Assembly: GCA_963845185.1 (NCBI GenBank)
Contig: CAWJRG010000009.1
Location: forward strand, 256,001-320,000
DNA length: 64,000 nt
Source: an uncultured bacterium
Lineage (GTDB): Bacteria; Oederibacteriota; PGYV01; CAWJRG01
Direction of reading: 5' to 3'
Shown here in pieces: positions 9,544 through 18,352 of this stretch (position 1 is the stretch's first letter; the number at the start of each line of letters is the position of its first letter). Below the pieces are notes generated by a model. The model made no database searches and had not been told where the DNA came from. It saw nothing but the letters and a program-made list of their open reading frames with translations. A program made the position numbers and the translations under genes.

Positions 9544-11154
9544 GTGAACGAATTTTTGCTGAGAATGTGGGAACGGCTTAGGACGTTCTGGTCAGGATTA
9601 AACAATAGCCAAAAAACTATCTGGGTGGCCGTACCGGCACTGGTGCTCTTGGGATTAATAGTATTAGGAGTATGGAGTTCCCAACCAAACTATTCGCCTT
9701 TATATTCAAATTTAAGCAGTGAAGACGCGGGTGTAATATTAAATGATTTGAAAGATAAAAAAATACCTTATAAGGTTACAAACGACGGCAAGGCAATACT
9801 TGTACCTTCAAAATATGTTTATGATACAAGACTTGATCTTGCGGCAAAAGGGCTTCCTAAAGGTGGGACGGTAGGTTTTGAAATTTTCGACAAGACTAAT
9901 CTGGGAGTGACAGACTTCACCCAGAGGGTTAATTATGTAAGGGCGCTTGAAGGCGAATTGAACAGGACTATTTCCAACCTTGATGTAATTGACGAAACAA
10001 GGGTTCATATAGTATTGCCGGAAAAGGAATTATATGAAGAAAAAGAGAAAGAACCTACTGCATCAGTACTTGTAAAATTAAAAGAAGGAATGAAACTTGA
10101 TTTTGGACAAACAAAAGCAATAGTACATCTCGTTTCTTCAAGTGTTGAAGGTCTTAAGCCGATAAATGTAACGATAGTCGATACCAAAGGGGAAGTTTTA
10201 AGTGATCTTATCAGGGACGACCTTCTTGATGAGGACGGGGCAAGCTATTCTTTGTCAAAACAGATTAAACTTACGGATCAGCAGATTTCACTCCAGAAAA
10301 ACATGGAGAAGGATATCCAGGCGCGTGTTGAGTCAATGCTTGTTACCGTGCTTGGCGAGCGCAGGGCAACCGTACGAGTTAAGGCTGAACTTGATTTTAA
10401 CCAGGTTGAGAAAAAAGACGAAGTATATGAGCCGGTAGTTGGAGGAAAGGGGATATTACGCAGCGAGCAGAAAAAATTAGAGAGTTACACAGGGGTTGGG
10501 GTTTATCCGGGCGGGGTGCCGGGCACGGATTCAAACATACCAGGATATAAGTCTGTAGTAAGCGGTAATTCGCAGTATACAAAAGCAGAAAGTACTGATA
10601 ACTATGAAATAACAAAAAAAGAGAATCATACAATTGAAGCGGTTGGAGCGATTAAAAGGCTGTCGGTCGCGGTTATAGTCGACAATCTTCAGCCACAGCA
10701 GGTACAGTCTATTAAAAACGCGGTGATTGCGGCAGCTGGGCTTGACTTGGGGCGTGGGGACCAGGTAGCTGTCGAAAATATATCTTTTGACAGAACAATC
10801 GAAAAGGCAGAACTGTTCCAGACTCAGGTTATGGCAAGAGAAAAATATATGACTACTCTTTTAAGCCTTGGCATAGTACTTGGCATACTTCTTTTTGCTT
10901 TACTTTTCCTCAGGGCGACCCTCAAGCCAAAGGCGATAAGGGAAAAACTTAGGAGGCAGATAGAGCGAGCAGCAAAAGAAGTAAAAGAAGAAGAGGAAGT
11001 CGAGGTGCCATTGGAAGCTGTTCCTTCGGCAGCGGAGCTTGCTGAAGCCCAAAAACGAGCTGAAATGAGAAGACAGGTAACAAAAATTGCCAGAGAAAAT
11101 CCAAAAGTTATTATACAATTGATTAAACGCTGGTTGACAGAAGAAAAGAGGTGA
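9544..11154 (+). CDS. fliF: Flagellar M-ring protein FliF
   Basis: GFEIFD, RALEGEL, RVHIVLP, SSVEGL; two TM segments. Confidence 0.96.
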   Translation: MNEFLLRMWERLRTFWSGLNNSQKTIWVAVPALVLLGLIVLGVWSSQPNYSPLYSNLSSEDAGVILNDLKDKKIPYKVTNDGKAILVPSKYVYDTRLDLAAKGLPKGGTVGFEIFDKTNLGVTDFTQRVNYVRALEGELNRTISNLDVIDETRVHIVLPEKELYEEKEKEPTASVLVKLKEGMKLDFGQTKAIVHLVSSSVEGLKPINVTIVDTKGEVLSDLIRDDLLDEDGASYSLSKQIKLTDQQISLQKNMEKDIQARVESMLVTVLGERRATVRVKAELDFNQVEKKDEVYEPVVGGKGILRSEQKKLESYTGVGVYPGGVPGTDSNIPGYKSVVSGNSQYTKAESTDNYEITKKENHTIEAVGAIKRLSVAVIVDNLQPQQVQSIKNAVIAAAGLDLGRGDQVAVENISFDRTIEKAELFQTQVMAREKYMTTLLSLGIVLGILLFALLFLRATLKPKAIREKLRRQIERAAKEVKEEEEVEVPLEAVPSAAELAEAQKRAEMRRQVTKIARENPKVIIQLIKRWLTEEKR

Positions 11155-11161
11155 GAATATA

Positions 11162-12160
11162 ATGCCACTATCAGGTGAACAAAAAGCAGCAATACTTTTA
11201 ATAACATTAGGACCGGACCTTTCATCAGAAATATTTAAAAATTTGAGTGATGAGATGGTTGAGCAGTTGACACTGCAAATCGCAAACACTAAGAAAGTTC
11301 AGCCCCCGGACAGAGATCAAGTACTTGAGGAAAGTTATCAGCTTGCGCTCGCTGAGGAATATATATCACAAGGCGGTATTGATTATGCAAGAGAGCTTCT
11401 TGAAAAAGCTCTCGGTGAGCAGAAAGCTGTTGAAATATTAAATAGATTGCAGGGCGCATTGCAAATGACGCCTTTTGATTTTATAAAAAGAACGGATCCG
11501 CAGCAGATACTAAATTTTATTCAGAATGAGCATCCGCAGACAATAGCGCTTGTTTTAGCGCATCTAACCGCTGACCATTCGTCCACAATATTATCATCCC
11601 TGCCGCCGGAAGTACAGGTTGATGTTGCCACACGAGTCGCAACAATGGACAGGGCAACGCCTGAGGTAATAATGGAAGTTGAGAAAGTGCTTGAAAGGAG
11701 AATAGCTTCCGTGTTCACCCAGGAATTTGCTTCAGCCGGTGGAGTCAGGGCTATTGCCGAAATATTAAACAGGGTCGACAGGTCAACGGAAAAAGCCATT
11801 ATGGAAAAACTTGAGGAACAGAACCCGGACCTTGCTGATGAAATAAAAAGATTGATGTTTGTGTTCGATGATATTTTGCTACTTGACGACAGGACTATAC
11901 AGCAGATACTGCGTGAAATAGACTCAAAAGACCTTGTTCTTGCGTTAAAGGGCGCTTCCGAAGAGTGCCGCAATAAAATACTAAAGAATATGTCAAGCAG
12001 AGCTCGACAGATGATACTTGAAGATATGGAAGTTATGGGACCGGTGAGACTGAAAACTACCGAAGAAGCTCAGCAGAAGATTGTTAATGTCATAAGGCAA
12101 CTTGAGGAAATGGGAGAAATTGTTGTAGCCCGCGGTGGGGAGGAAGAGATTTTTGTATAA
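11162..12160 (+). CDS. fliG: Flagellar motor switch protein FliG
   Basis: KAAILLITLG, GGIDYA, EHPQTIA, MFVFDDI. Confidence 0.97.
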   Translation: MPLSGEQKAAILLITLGPDLSSEIFKNLSDEMVEQLTLQIANTKKVQPPDRDQVLEESYQLALAEEYISQGGIDYARELLEKALGEQKAVEILNRLQGALQMTPFDFIKRTDPQQILNFIQNEHPQTIALVLAHLTADHSSTILSSLPPEVQVDVATRVATMDRATPEVIMEVEKVLERRIASVFTQEFASAGGVRAIAEILNRVDRSTEKAIMEKLEEQNPDLADEIKRLMFVFDDILLLDDRTIQQILREIDSKDLVLALKGASEECRNKILKNMSSRARQMILEDMEVMGPVRLKTTEEAQQKIVNVIRQLEEMGEIVVARGGEEEIFV

Positions 12161-12960
12161 AAATCTTTATAAACCTGAAGATTATAATATAAAAAATTCC
12201 CCGTACAAGTTACGGGGAGTTTTTCTTTCAAAACGTGATATCCTGAAAGAAGAAGTCAAAAAAAAAGCAGAGAATGTTGAAGAGAAGCTTGAACAGATTG
12301 AAGATACTATAAAAAAACTCGAGGCAGTTATTAAGGAAAAACAACAGGAGCTGAAGGCAACTGACGAAAAGTGTACGCAAATGCTAATAGATACTGAAGA
12401 AGAAATTAAACATAAAATTCAAACGGCAGAAAAAGGAATCGGAAAAATTAAAAGAAGAAAAGAGCAAGCAGGGCTATGAAGAAGGCTTTGGAAAAGGTTA
12501 TAATGAAGGGCTGGATAAAGCGAAAAATGAAGTTGAGCAAAAATATTCAAACCTTATTAATACTTTGACGGGCATAGTTGATTCCTCGCTGAAAGAAAAG
12601 CATAAAATAATTTCAAATACCGAAGAAGAAATAATAAATTTATCAATTGATATTTCAAAAAAGATAGTGCAGGAGGAGTTGAAAATAAATCGAGATGTAA
12701 TTATTAACCTTGTGAAAGAGGCAATAAAAAAACTTGAAGATAAAGAAAAAATAGTTATATATTGCAATCCCGACGATATAGAACTAATTAAGGGGCACAG
12801 GGAAGAGTTTATAAGGCTTGTTGATAATCCAGACATTCTACATATATTGCCTGATGATTTTATTGACAAGGGGGAATGTAGGCTGGAAACGAGAAATGAA
12901 ATTATCGATACGGATATTGCCTACCAGTTTGAGGAAATAAAGAAAAATCTTTCCAAATAA
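12135..12960 (+). CDS. fliH: Flagellar assembly protein FliH, split by an apparent 1-bp insertion in the A5 run at 12430-12434
   Basis: Removing one A gives AEKESEKLKEEKSKQGYEEGFGKGYNEG (GxxxG repeats), continuing into ORF 12565-12960; lies between fliG and fliI. Confidence 0.85.
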
Positions 12961-12974
12961 AAGGATTTAATTAA

Positions 12975-14297
12975 ATGGGAATTGACCTGAAAAAATACCA
13001 CGACAAACTCAAAAAAATCGACACTCTAAAAAGTAACGGCAAAGTTACGCAGATTGTGGGGCTTGTTGTTGAAACTGCCGGATTAAAAGCTGCGATAGGC
13101 GAACTTTGTAAAATAATATCAAGGAACGAAGAATTAATTATTGACGCTGAAATAGTGGGTTTTAAAGAAGATAAGGCTTTACTTATGCCACTTGGCGATT
13201 TACACGGCATAGGTCCAGGAAGCAAGGTTTTATCAACAGGGCAGGAGTTCAAAGTTTCTGTTGGCGATAATCTACTTGGCAGGGTACTTGACGGGTTGGG
13301 TAAGCCTATTGACGACAGGGGATCGCTAAAAATCAGAGAATCCGTTGCGGTTTACAACAATCCTCCTGATCCTTTGACAAGAAAAAAAGTAGGTTTACCT
13401 GTAGCAACAGGTATAAGGTCAATAGACGGTTGCCTGACGGTAGGCAAAGGCCAGAGAATAGGCATATTTTCAGGAAGTGGAGTGGGCAAAAGTGTGGCGT
13501 TGGGCATGATAGCACGAAATACGAACGCAGATGTAAATGTTATTGCTCTTATAGGAGAACGCGGAAGAGAAGTCAGGGATTTTATTGAAAAGGACCTAAA
13601 AAAGGAAGGATTGAAAAGATCAGTTGTAGTTGCCGCCACATCCGATCAACCGGCACTTGTCAGAAGAATGGGTGCCTTTGTGGCAACTTCGATTGCAGAA
13701 TATTTTAGGAATAAAGGTTGCAATGTAATGCTAATGATGGATTCGGTAACCCGCTTTGCTATGGCACAAAGGGAAATAGGACTTGCGATAGGAGAGCCGC
13801 CTACAACAAAAGGATATACGCCTTCTGTGTTTGCCATTCTTCCAAGGCTGCTTGAGCGCGCTGGAACAACGCCAGGGGAAGGTACAATAACTGGCCTTTA
13901 TACCGTGTTAGTTGAGGCTGACGACTTGAATGAGCCAATATCAGATTCTGTGCGTGCTATACTTGACGGGCATATAGTATTATCCCGTGCGCTCGCCGCT
14001 CAAAATCATTACCCACCTGTAGACATACTGGACAGCGTATCTAGATGCATGATAGATATAACCGAAGCAAAACACAAACAAGCGGCAAACCGAATGAGGG
14101 AAGCGCTTGCAACTTATAAAAACGCAGAAGATCTTATCAATATAGGAGCATATGTAAAAGGGAGCAACCCTCAAATTGATTATTCTATAGAAAAAATTGT
14201 GGAAATAAAAAAGTTTTTAATACAAGGCATTGATGAAAAAACAGAATTTGAGGATACTGTAAATAAACTTGAAGATATTTTTAGAGACGGAAAGTAA
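12975..14297 (+). CDS. fliI: Flagellar export ATPase FliI
   Basis: GSGVGKS Walker A, IGERGREV, MDSVTRFAMAQRE. Confidence 0.97.
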   Translation: MGIDLKKYHDKLKKIDTLKSNGKVTQIVGLVVETAGLKAAIGELCKIISRNEELIIDAEIVGFKEDKALLMPLGDLHGIGPGSKVLSTGQEFKVSVGDNLLGRVLDGLGKPIDDRGSLKIRESVAVYNNPPDPLTRKKVGLPVATGIRSIDGCLTVGKGQRIGIFSGSGVGKSVALGMIARNTNADVNVIALIGERGREVRDFIEKDLKKEGLKRSVVVAATSDQPALVRRMGAFVATSIAEYFRNKGCNVMLMMDSVTRFAMAQREIGLAIGEPPTTKGYTPSVFAILPRLLERAGTTPGEGTITGLYTVLVEADDLNEPISDSVRAILDGHIVLSRALAAQNHYPPVDILDSVSRCMIDITEAKHKQAANRMREALATYKNAEDLINIGAYVKGSNPQIDYSIEKIVEIKKFLIQGIDEKTEFEDTVNKLEDIFRDGK

Positions 14298-14300
14298 AAA

Positions 14301-14756
14301 ATGAAGAAATTTCAATTTAAATTTGAAACCGTCCTTAGGGTAAAAGGAAAAAAAGAAGAGGAGCTTAAAAAGGAATTGTTGAAATTAATAGCTTTGAAAA
14401 CCGAACAAGAGATGATGCTTAATAAAATTACCGCAGAAAGACAGAGGGCGGGGAAAGAAAAAGTTGAAAAAAACATGGAGACATCAAATATTCTAACTTT
14501 TATTTATTATGAAAATTATATCAATGCGCTAAGGGAGCAGATAAAGAACACTGAAAAAATGATTAAAGATTTTGAAAATCGCGCCGATGTTAAAAGAGTA
14601 GAAGTAATTGAGGCCAGTAAAGAAAAAAAGATATTTGAAAGGTTAAAAGACAAACATTATGAAAGTTTTAAAAAACTTGTCATACAAAATGAGCAGAAAG
14701 TGCTTGATGAAATAGCTATAGGCAAGTTCAATAGGAAAGAGCAAAGAAGCATATAA
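14301..14756 (+). CDS. fliJ: Flagellar export protein FliJ
   Basis: MKKFQFKFETVL...EQKVLDE pattern; follows fliI. Confidence 0.9.
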   Translation: MKKFQFKFETVLRVKGKKEEELKKELLKLIALKTEQEMMLNKITAERQRAGKEKVEKNMETSNILTFIYYENYINALREQIKNTEKMIKDFENRADVKRVEVIEASKEKKIFERLKDKHYESFKKLVIQNEQKVLDEIAIGKFNRKEQRSI

Positions 14757-14863
14757 ATAGTATAAAAATATGGAAATGGGCATTGAATATGCATGTTTTA
14801 ATATAGAAACAAAAGTCTAATAAAAGGAACGAATTAGCAGAATCAAAAAGGCTAAAAAAGTAC

Positions 14864-14892
14864 TTGACAAGTAAAGTTTAATTAAGTATAAT
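14864..14892 (+). promoter_or_regulatory. Consensus sigma70 promoter of the fliK-flgD-flgE unit
   Basis: Perfect TTGACA-17bp-TATAAT. Confidence 0.85.
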
Positions 14893-14930
14893 TTTAATAG
14901 AAGTAAAGGTAAAGTAGGTTAGTGAGATTT

Positions 14931-14994
14931 GCCAGCAAAATATGCCCGGACCGCAAGGGGGGCAAGCTGGCGCCGAGTAAAGTGGAAGGAGGCG
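14931..14994 (+). promoter_or_regulatory. Putative structured 5' leader RNA of fliK
   Basis: GC-rich nested hairpin GCCAGC..TGCCC[GGA]CC-GCAA-GG[G]GGGCA..GCTGGC in an AT-rich region, then CGCC..GGCG overlapping the RBS. Confidence 0.55.
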
Positions 14995-15000
14995 AGTTTT

Positions 15001-17337
15001 GTGGATATTGTAAGTGCTGCCGGCGCGGTTAATAATAATATTTTATTATTAATTCAAAATAATACGTTTATAAAAAACTCACAATTACCTTCCAATTTTA
15101 AAGAAATTATTTCTTGTTTATTCAATGAAAATCAAGGTTCAACAACAGATAAAGTAATTTTGGGGAATCAGATAATAAACAACGACAAATTAAAAGATGC
15201 TGTTTATAAAACAACAGCATTTTTTTATTTAATGGGGAATATAGGAAATATTGCCAGTCAAAATATTGCAAGTCTTGAGAATAACACAACAATTCAGGGC
15301 ATCGCTGATAGTTATGGTTTTACTCCAAACGAAAGATCAATTTTTGTGAATGGCCTTAAGACAGCAGCAATGGAAATAGCAACAAATAACACCGGATCGG
15401 ATGTTCAAACTGAAAATCAAGTTATCTCCGGCGCTATACAAAATATAAAAAACAGCATGGTTGTGAATTCGTCTTCTGTTCCAAATACACAGACTGCAAT
15501 TGCTAATGGGCAAAACGCGAACATTGCCGCAGGCACCCAACAAGAGATAAAAAGTCAAAATATAATTTCGGGGTTGAAAGATTTAAGCGCTTCATTGGGG
15601 AAAACGGCAGAAATTATTACAAAGTCAGGTAATATAGATAAAGATCAGATGCAAAAAATAAATATTGGGCTTGCTGACTTAGAAGATAAAATAAACAATG
15701 TTGTTTCAAAAGATTTAAATACTAATACAAACAATCAAATCAAGGAAGTTCAAAATACCGTAAAAAATATTATGGCCTCAATAAACACAACAAAAATTTC
15801 TTCCAATGTGCCAGTATCAAATGCTGTTGATGCAGATGGAGACTTAAATAATATAGTTGCAGTTCAGCCGAAAGCCGTTCCTGCGGTTTTATCTGTATCA
15901 AATAATGTTGCTGCCGATGGGGACGTAAATAATAAGACAACTGTGGCACAGCAAAAAGTTGTGCCTGCAGTTTTAACCGTATCAAACACTGTTTCTGCTG
16001 ATGAGGTAGTAAATAATAAGACGGTTGTGGCACAGCCAAAAGCCATGCCTGTAGTTTTAAATATTCCAAATAATGTTGTTATTGATGGAGATGTAAATAA
16101 CAACACAGATGCAACACAACCAAAAACCATGCCTACAATTTCAGGGGCATTAAATACTGTTGCTGCAGATGGGAACGTTAATGACAAGACAATTATAGTA
16201 CTATCCAATGTTACGCCTCCAGTTTTTACTACATCGAAAATTCCTTCTGCTAAAGAAGACAATATCATTAATGTTATTAAATCTGATGCGGGTTCGTCGG
16301 ATACGACAAATGATAACAATAATGTTTATAACCAGGAAAAAGGCGACAACAATGATTTGATAAATAAAATTTCCACGCTACTTGACAAATTAAACGGAAA
16401 AATAGAAATTGTGAGCAAACCAGGATATGTATTTACCGCAAAACTGGGAACGCTAGAAAATACGCAAAAGACAAATTTTGATGCACAAACACTTGCAAAC
16501 AATAATCAAGGAACTATTAATAATATAAAAAATACAATTAAGGAAGGGCAAGCAGAAACATTGCAGATTGATAATATAAAAGAGGAAGGCGCAGTTCTTC
16601 CTCAAATAGCTATTAATACTTCCGTTAATCTAAAGGCAACTACTGTAGAAGAATCGCAAGTGAAGACAAATGCGGCAGGTAGCCTTGATTATAATAAAGA
16701 AAATTTTGGCGATAATACAGGGAATAAAGTAAATGTTGTGGCAAAGGAACTGCTTGGTAAAAATGAAGATTACAAATATAATATTGAAAATAAATCCAGC
16801 AATGACATGAACTGGGTATTAAGCAATGTTGCAGCAATTGCGCAGAACACAACAATGACGCAGAATACAGAGCAGATTTTCCCGTCTGTTGCTGATTTTG
16901 CCGTAGATACCAAAAAAGATATAATAATAAAGCAGATTGTTGACGGCATCAATAATGTTAAGGACAGTATGCAGTTTGTGCCAAAAACCGAAATTAAAAT
17001 GGTTTTGAGACCGGAAAATCTTGGGCCGGTTATTGTAAGTATGGAACATAAAAACGGTATTTTGAAGGGTACAATACAGGTTGCGGATTCAGGAGTCAGA
17101 AATGTTCTGAAGGCAAATCTGGCTGACCTTAAGGGAGCTTTAAACAATATCGGGGTTCATACTCAGGATATAGACGTAGCTTTAAATCAAAATCTAAATA
17201 ATGGTTCACAATTTGAACAGGGCCAGAGCTATTATAAGGAATGGGAAGGCGCGGCTTTAAATAACAATAAAACAAACATTCCCATAGAGACTGCTATACC
17301 TTATTTTTGGGGCAGCAGCCTTAACTACTTGGCTTAA
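15001..17337 (+). CDS. fliK: Flagellar hook-length control protein FliK (778 aa from GTG)
   Basis: C-terminal LRPENLGPV..LKGAL T3S4 domain; long low-complexity N-terminus; precedes flgD; AGGAGG RBS before GTG at 15001. Confidence 0.88.
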   Translation: MDIVSAAGAVNNNILLLIQNNTFIKNSQLPSNFKEIISCLFNENQGSTTDKVILGNQIINNDKLKDAVYKTTAFFYLMGNIGNIASQNIASLENNTTIQGIADSYGFTPNERSIFVNGLKTAAMEIATNNTGSDVQTENQVISGAIQNIKNSMVVNSSSVPNTQTAIANGQNANIAAGTQQEIKSQNIISGLKDLSASLGKTAEIITKSGNIDKDQMQKINIGLADLEDKINNVVSKDLNTNTNNQIKEVQNTVKNIMASINTTKISSNVPVSNAVDADGDLNNIVAVQPKAVPAVLSVSNNVAADGDVNNKTTVAQQKVVPAVLTVSNTVSADEVVNNKTVVAQPKAMPVVLNIPNNVVIDGDVNNNTDATQPKTMPTISGALNTVAADGNVNDKTIIVLSNVTPPVFTTSKIPSAKEDNIINVIKSDAGSSDTTNDNNNVYNQEKGDNNDLINKISTLLDKLNGKIEIVSKPGYVFTAKLGTLENTQKTNFDAQTLANNNQGTINNIKNTIKEGQAETLQIDNIKEEGAVLPQIAINTSVNLKATTVEESQVKTNAAGSLDYNKENFGDNTGNKVNVVAKELLGKNEDYKYNIENKSSNDMNWVLSNVAAIAQNTTMTQNTEQIFPSVADFAVDTKKDIIIKQIVDGINNVKDSMQFVPKTEIKMVLRPENLGPVIVSMEHKNGILKGTIQVADSGVRNVLKANLADLKGALNNIGVHTQDIDVALNQNLNNGSQFEQGQSYYKEWEGAALNNNKTNIPIETAIPYFWGSSLNYLA
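15817..16233 (+). repeat. Five degenerate 81-84-bp (27-28 aa) tandem repeats within fliK
   Basis: Units starting SNAVDADGD, SNNVAADGD, SNTVSADEV, PNNVVIDGD, LNTVAADGN. Confidence 0.85.
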
Positions 17338-17360
17338 AAAAGAAAGGAGGTGAGTAAATT

Positions 17361-17831
17361 ATGTCAACTTCAGGCGTATCAGGTGCCAGCAATGGGTTTA
17401 CCTACAGCAACGCGTTTACATCTACGGTAAACAACCCAAATGGCGTGTTAAATGAAAGCTCTTTTTTACAGATGCTTTTGACCCAGCTCAAGGATCAGGA
17501 TCCCCTTGATGTACAGGATAGCAGCCAGTTTGCGAGCGACTTAGCGCAGTATTCTTCGCTTGCCGGGATAGACTCCCTTAATTCAACGACGTCCACGGAT
17601 ATGTCATCGATGAATGATACTATGACGGCGCTGTTGCTTATGGAAAACACGACGCAGGCAGCTTCTCTTATCGGCAAGACGGTCACTATCTCGATCAAGG
17701 ATTCGAGTGGGAACCAGACAGGCACGGTATCAGGGGCAGTAACTTCGGTTAAGTTTGAAAACGGCCAGCCGGAGATCATTGTTAACGGCACAGAGTATGG
17801 AATAGCAAGTGTAACAGAAATTTCGTCCTAA
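17361..17831 (+). CDS. flgD: Flagellar hook-capping protein FlgD
   Basis: FLQMLLTQLKDQDPL, LAQYSSL, SLIGKTV. Confidence 0.93.
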   Translation: MSTSGVSGASNGFTYSNAFTSTVNNPNGVLNESSFLQMLLTQLKDQDPLDVQDSSQFASDLAQYSSLAGIDSLNSTTSTDMSSMNDTMTALLLMENTTQAASLIGKTVTISIKDSSGNQTGTVSGAVTSVKFENGQPEIIVNGTEYGIASVTEISS

Positions 17832-17847
17832 AGGTGGTGATTCTTTT

Positions 17848-18249
17848 ATGACGCTTGATAAAATTAACACACAGTTACAAAATCTTTCACAGATACAGGA
17901 AGCGCAGAGAAAACAGCAGCAGAATGCTGCAAACACGGCGGACATAGAAGCACCATCCTTTAAGGACGTACTGAAACAGCAGTTGTCGGACAAGGGAGAA
18001 ATAAAGTTTTCCGCGCACGCAGAGAAAAGGCTGCAGTCAAGGAACATTCCGATCACGCCGGAACTGATGCAGCGGCTGCAGGATGCGGTAAGCAAGGTAA
18101 GGGAAAAAGGCGGCAAGGAAAGCCTGCTTGTTTTTGACAAGTTCTCGCTTATCGTAAGCGTGAAGAACAATACGGTTATCACCGCTATTGACAATGAAGG
18201 GATGAAAGACAATGTTTTTACGAATATTGACAGCGCTGCTTTCGCGTAA
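17848..18249 (+). CDS. Flagellar operon protein (TIGR02530-type)
   Basis: IKFSAHAEKRLQSRNI, KESL, IVSVKNNTVITA, NVFTNIDSA; located between flgD and flgE. Confidence 0.9.
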   Translation: MTLDKINTQLQNLSQIQEAQRKQQQNAANTADIEAPSFKDVLKQQLSDKGEIKFSAHAEKRLQSRNIPITPELMQRLQDAVSKVREKGGKESLLVFDKFSLIVSVKNNTVITAIDNEGMKDNVFTNIDSAAFA

Positions 18250-18261
18250 TGTCAATCAAAA

Positions 18262-18327
18262 GAGGCTGGACTTCTTTGGCCGCAGGGCTGAAGAAGGAGC
18301 CTCCAGAACCGCGTTGAATATGCGGTT
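18262..18327 (+). promoter_or_regulatory. Putative structured leader RNA of flgE
   Basis: GAGGCT[GGA]CTTCTTTGGCC-GCAG-GGCTGAAGAAG[G]AGCCTC hairpin, then AACCGC..GCGGTT hairpin before the RBS. Confidence 0.6.
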
Positions 18328-18352
18328 AACAAAATAAGGAGGTACACGTACC

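Noticed and set aside
12421..12480. fliH frameshift as phase variation or programmed recoding
   Set aside because: It is a single extra A in a 5-A run, too short for typical phase variation, and similar single-base indels occur in fapA and the IS transposase. Sequencing error is more parsimonious; a read pileup would decide.
14931..14994. c-di-GMP riboswitch upstream of fliK
   Set aside because: It lacks the GGCAAAC..GAAA..GACGCAAAGC core of class I and any recognisable class II core; reported instead as an unknown motif.
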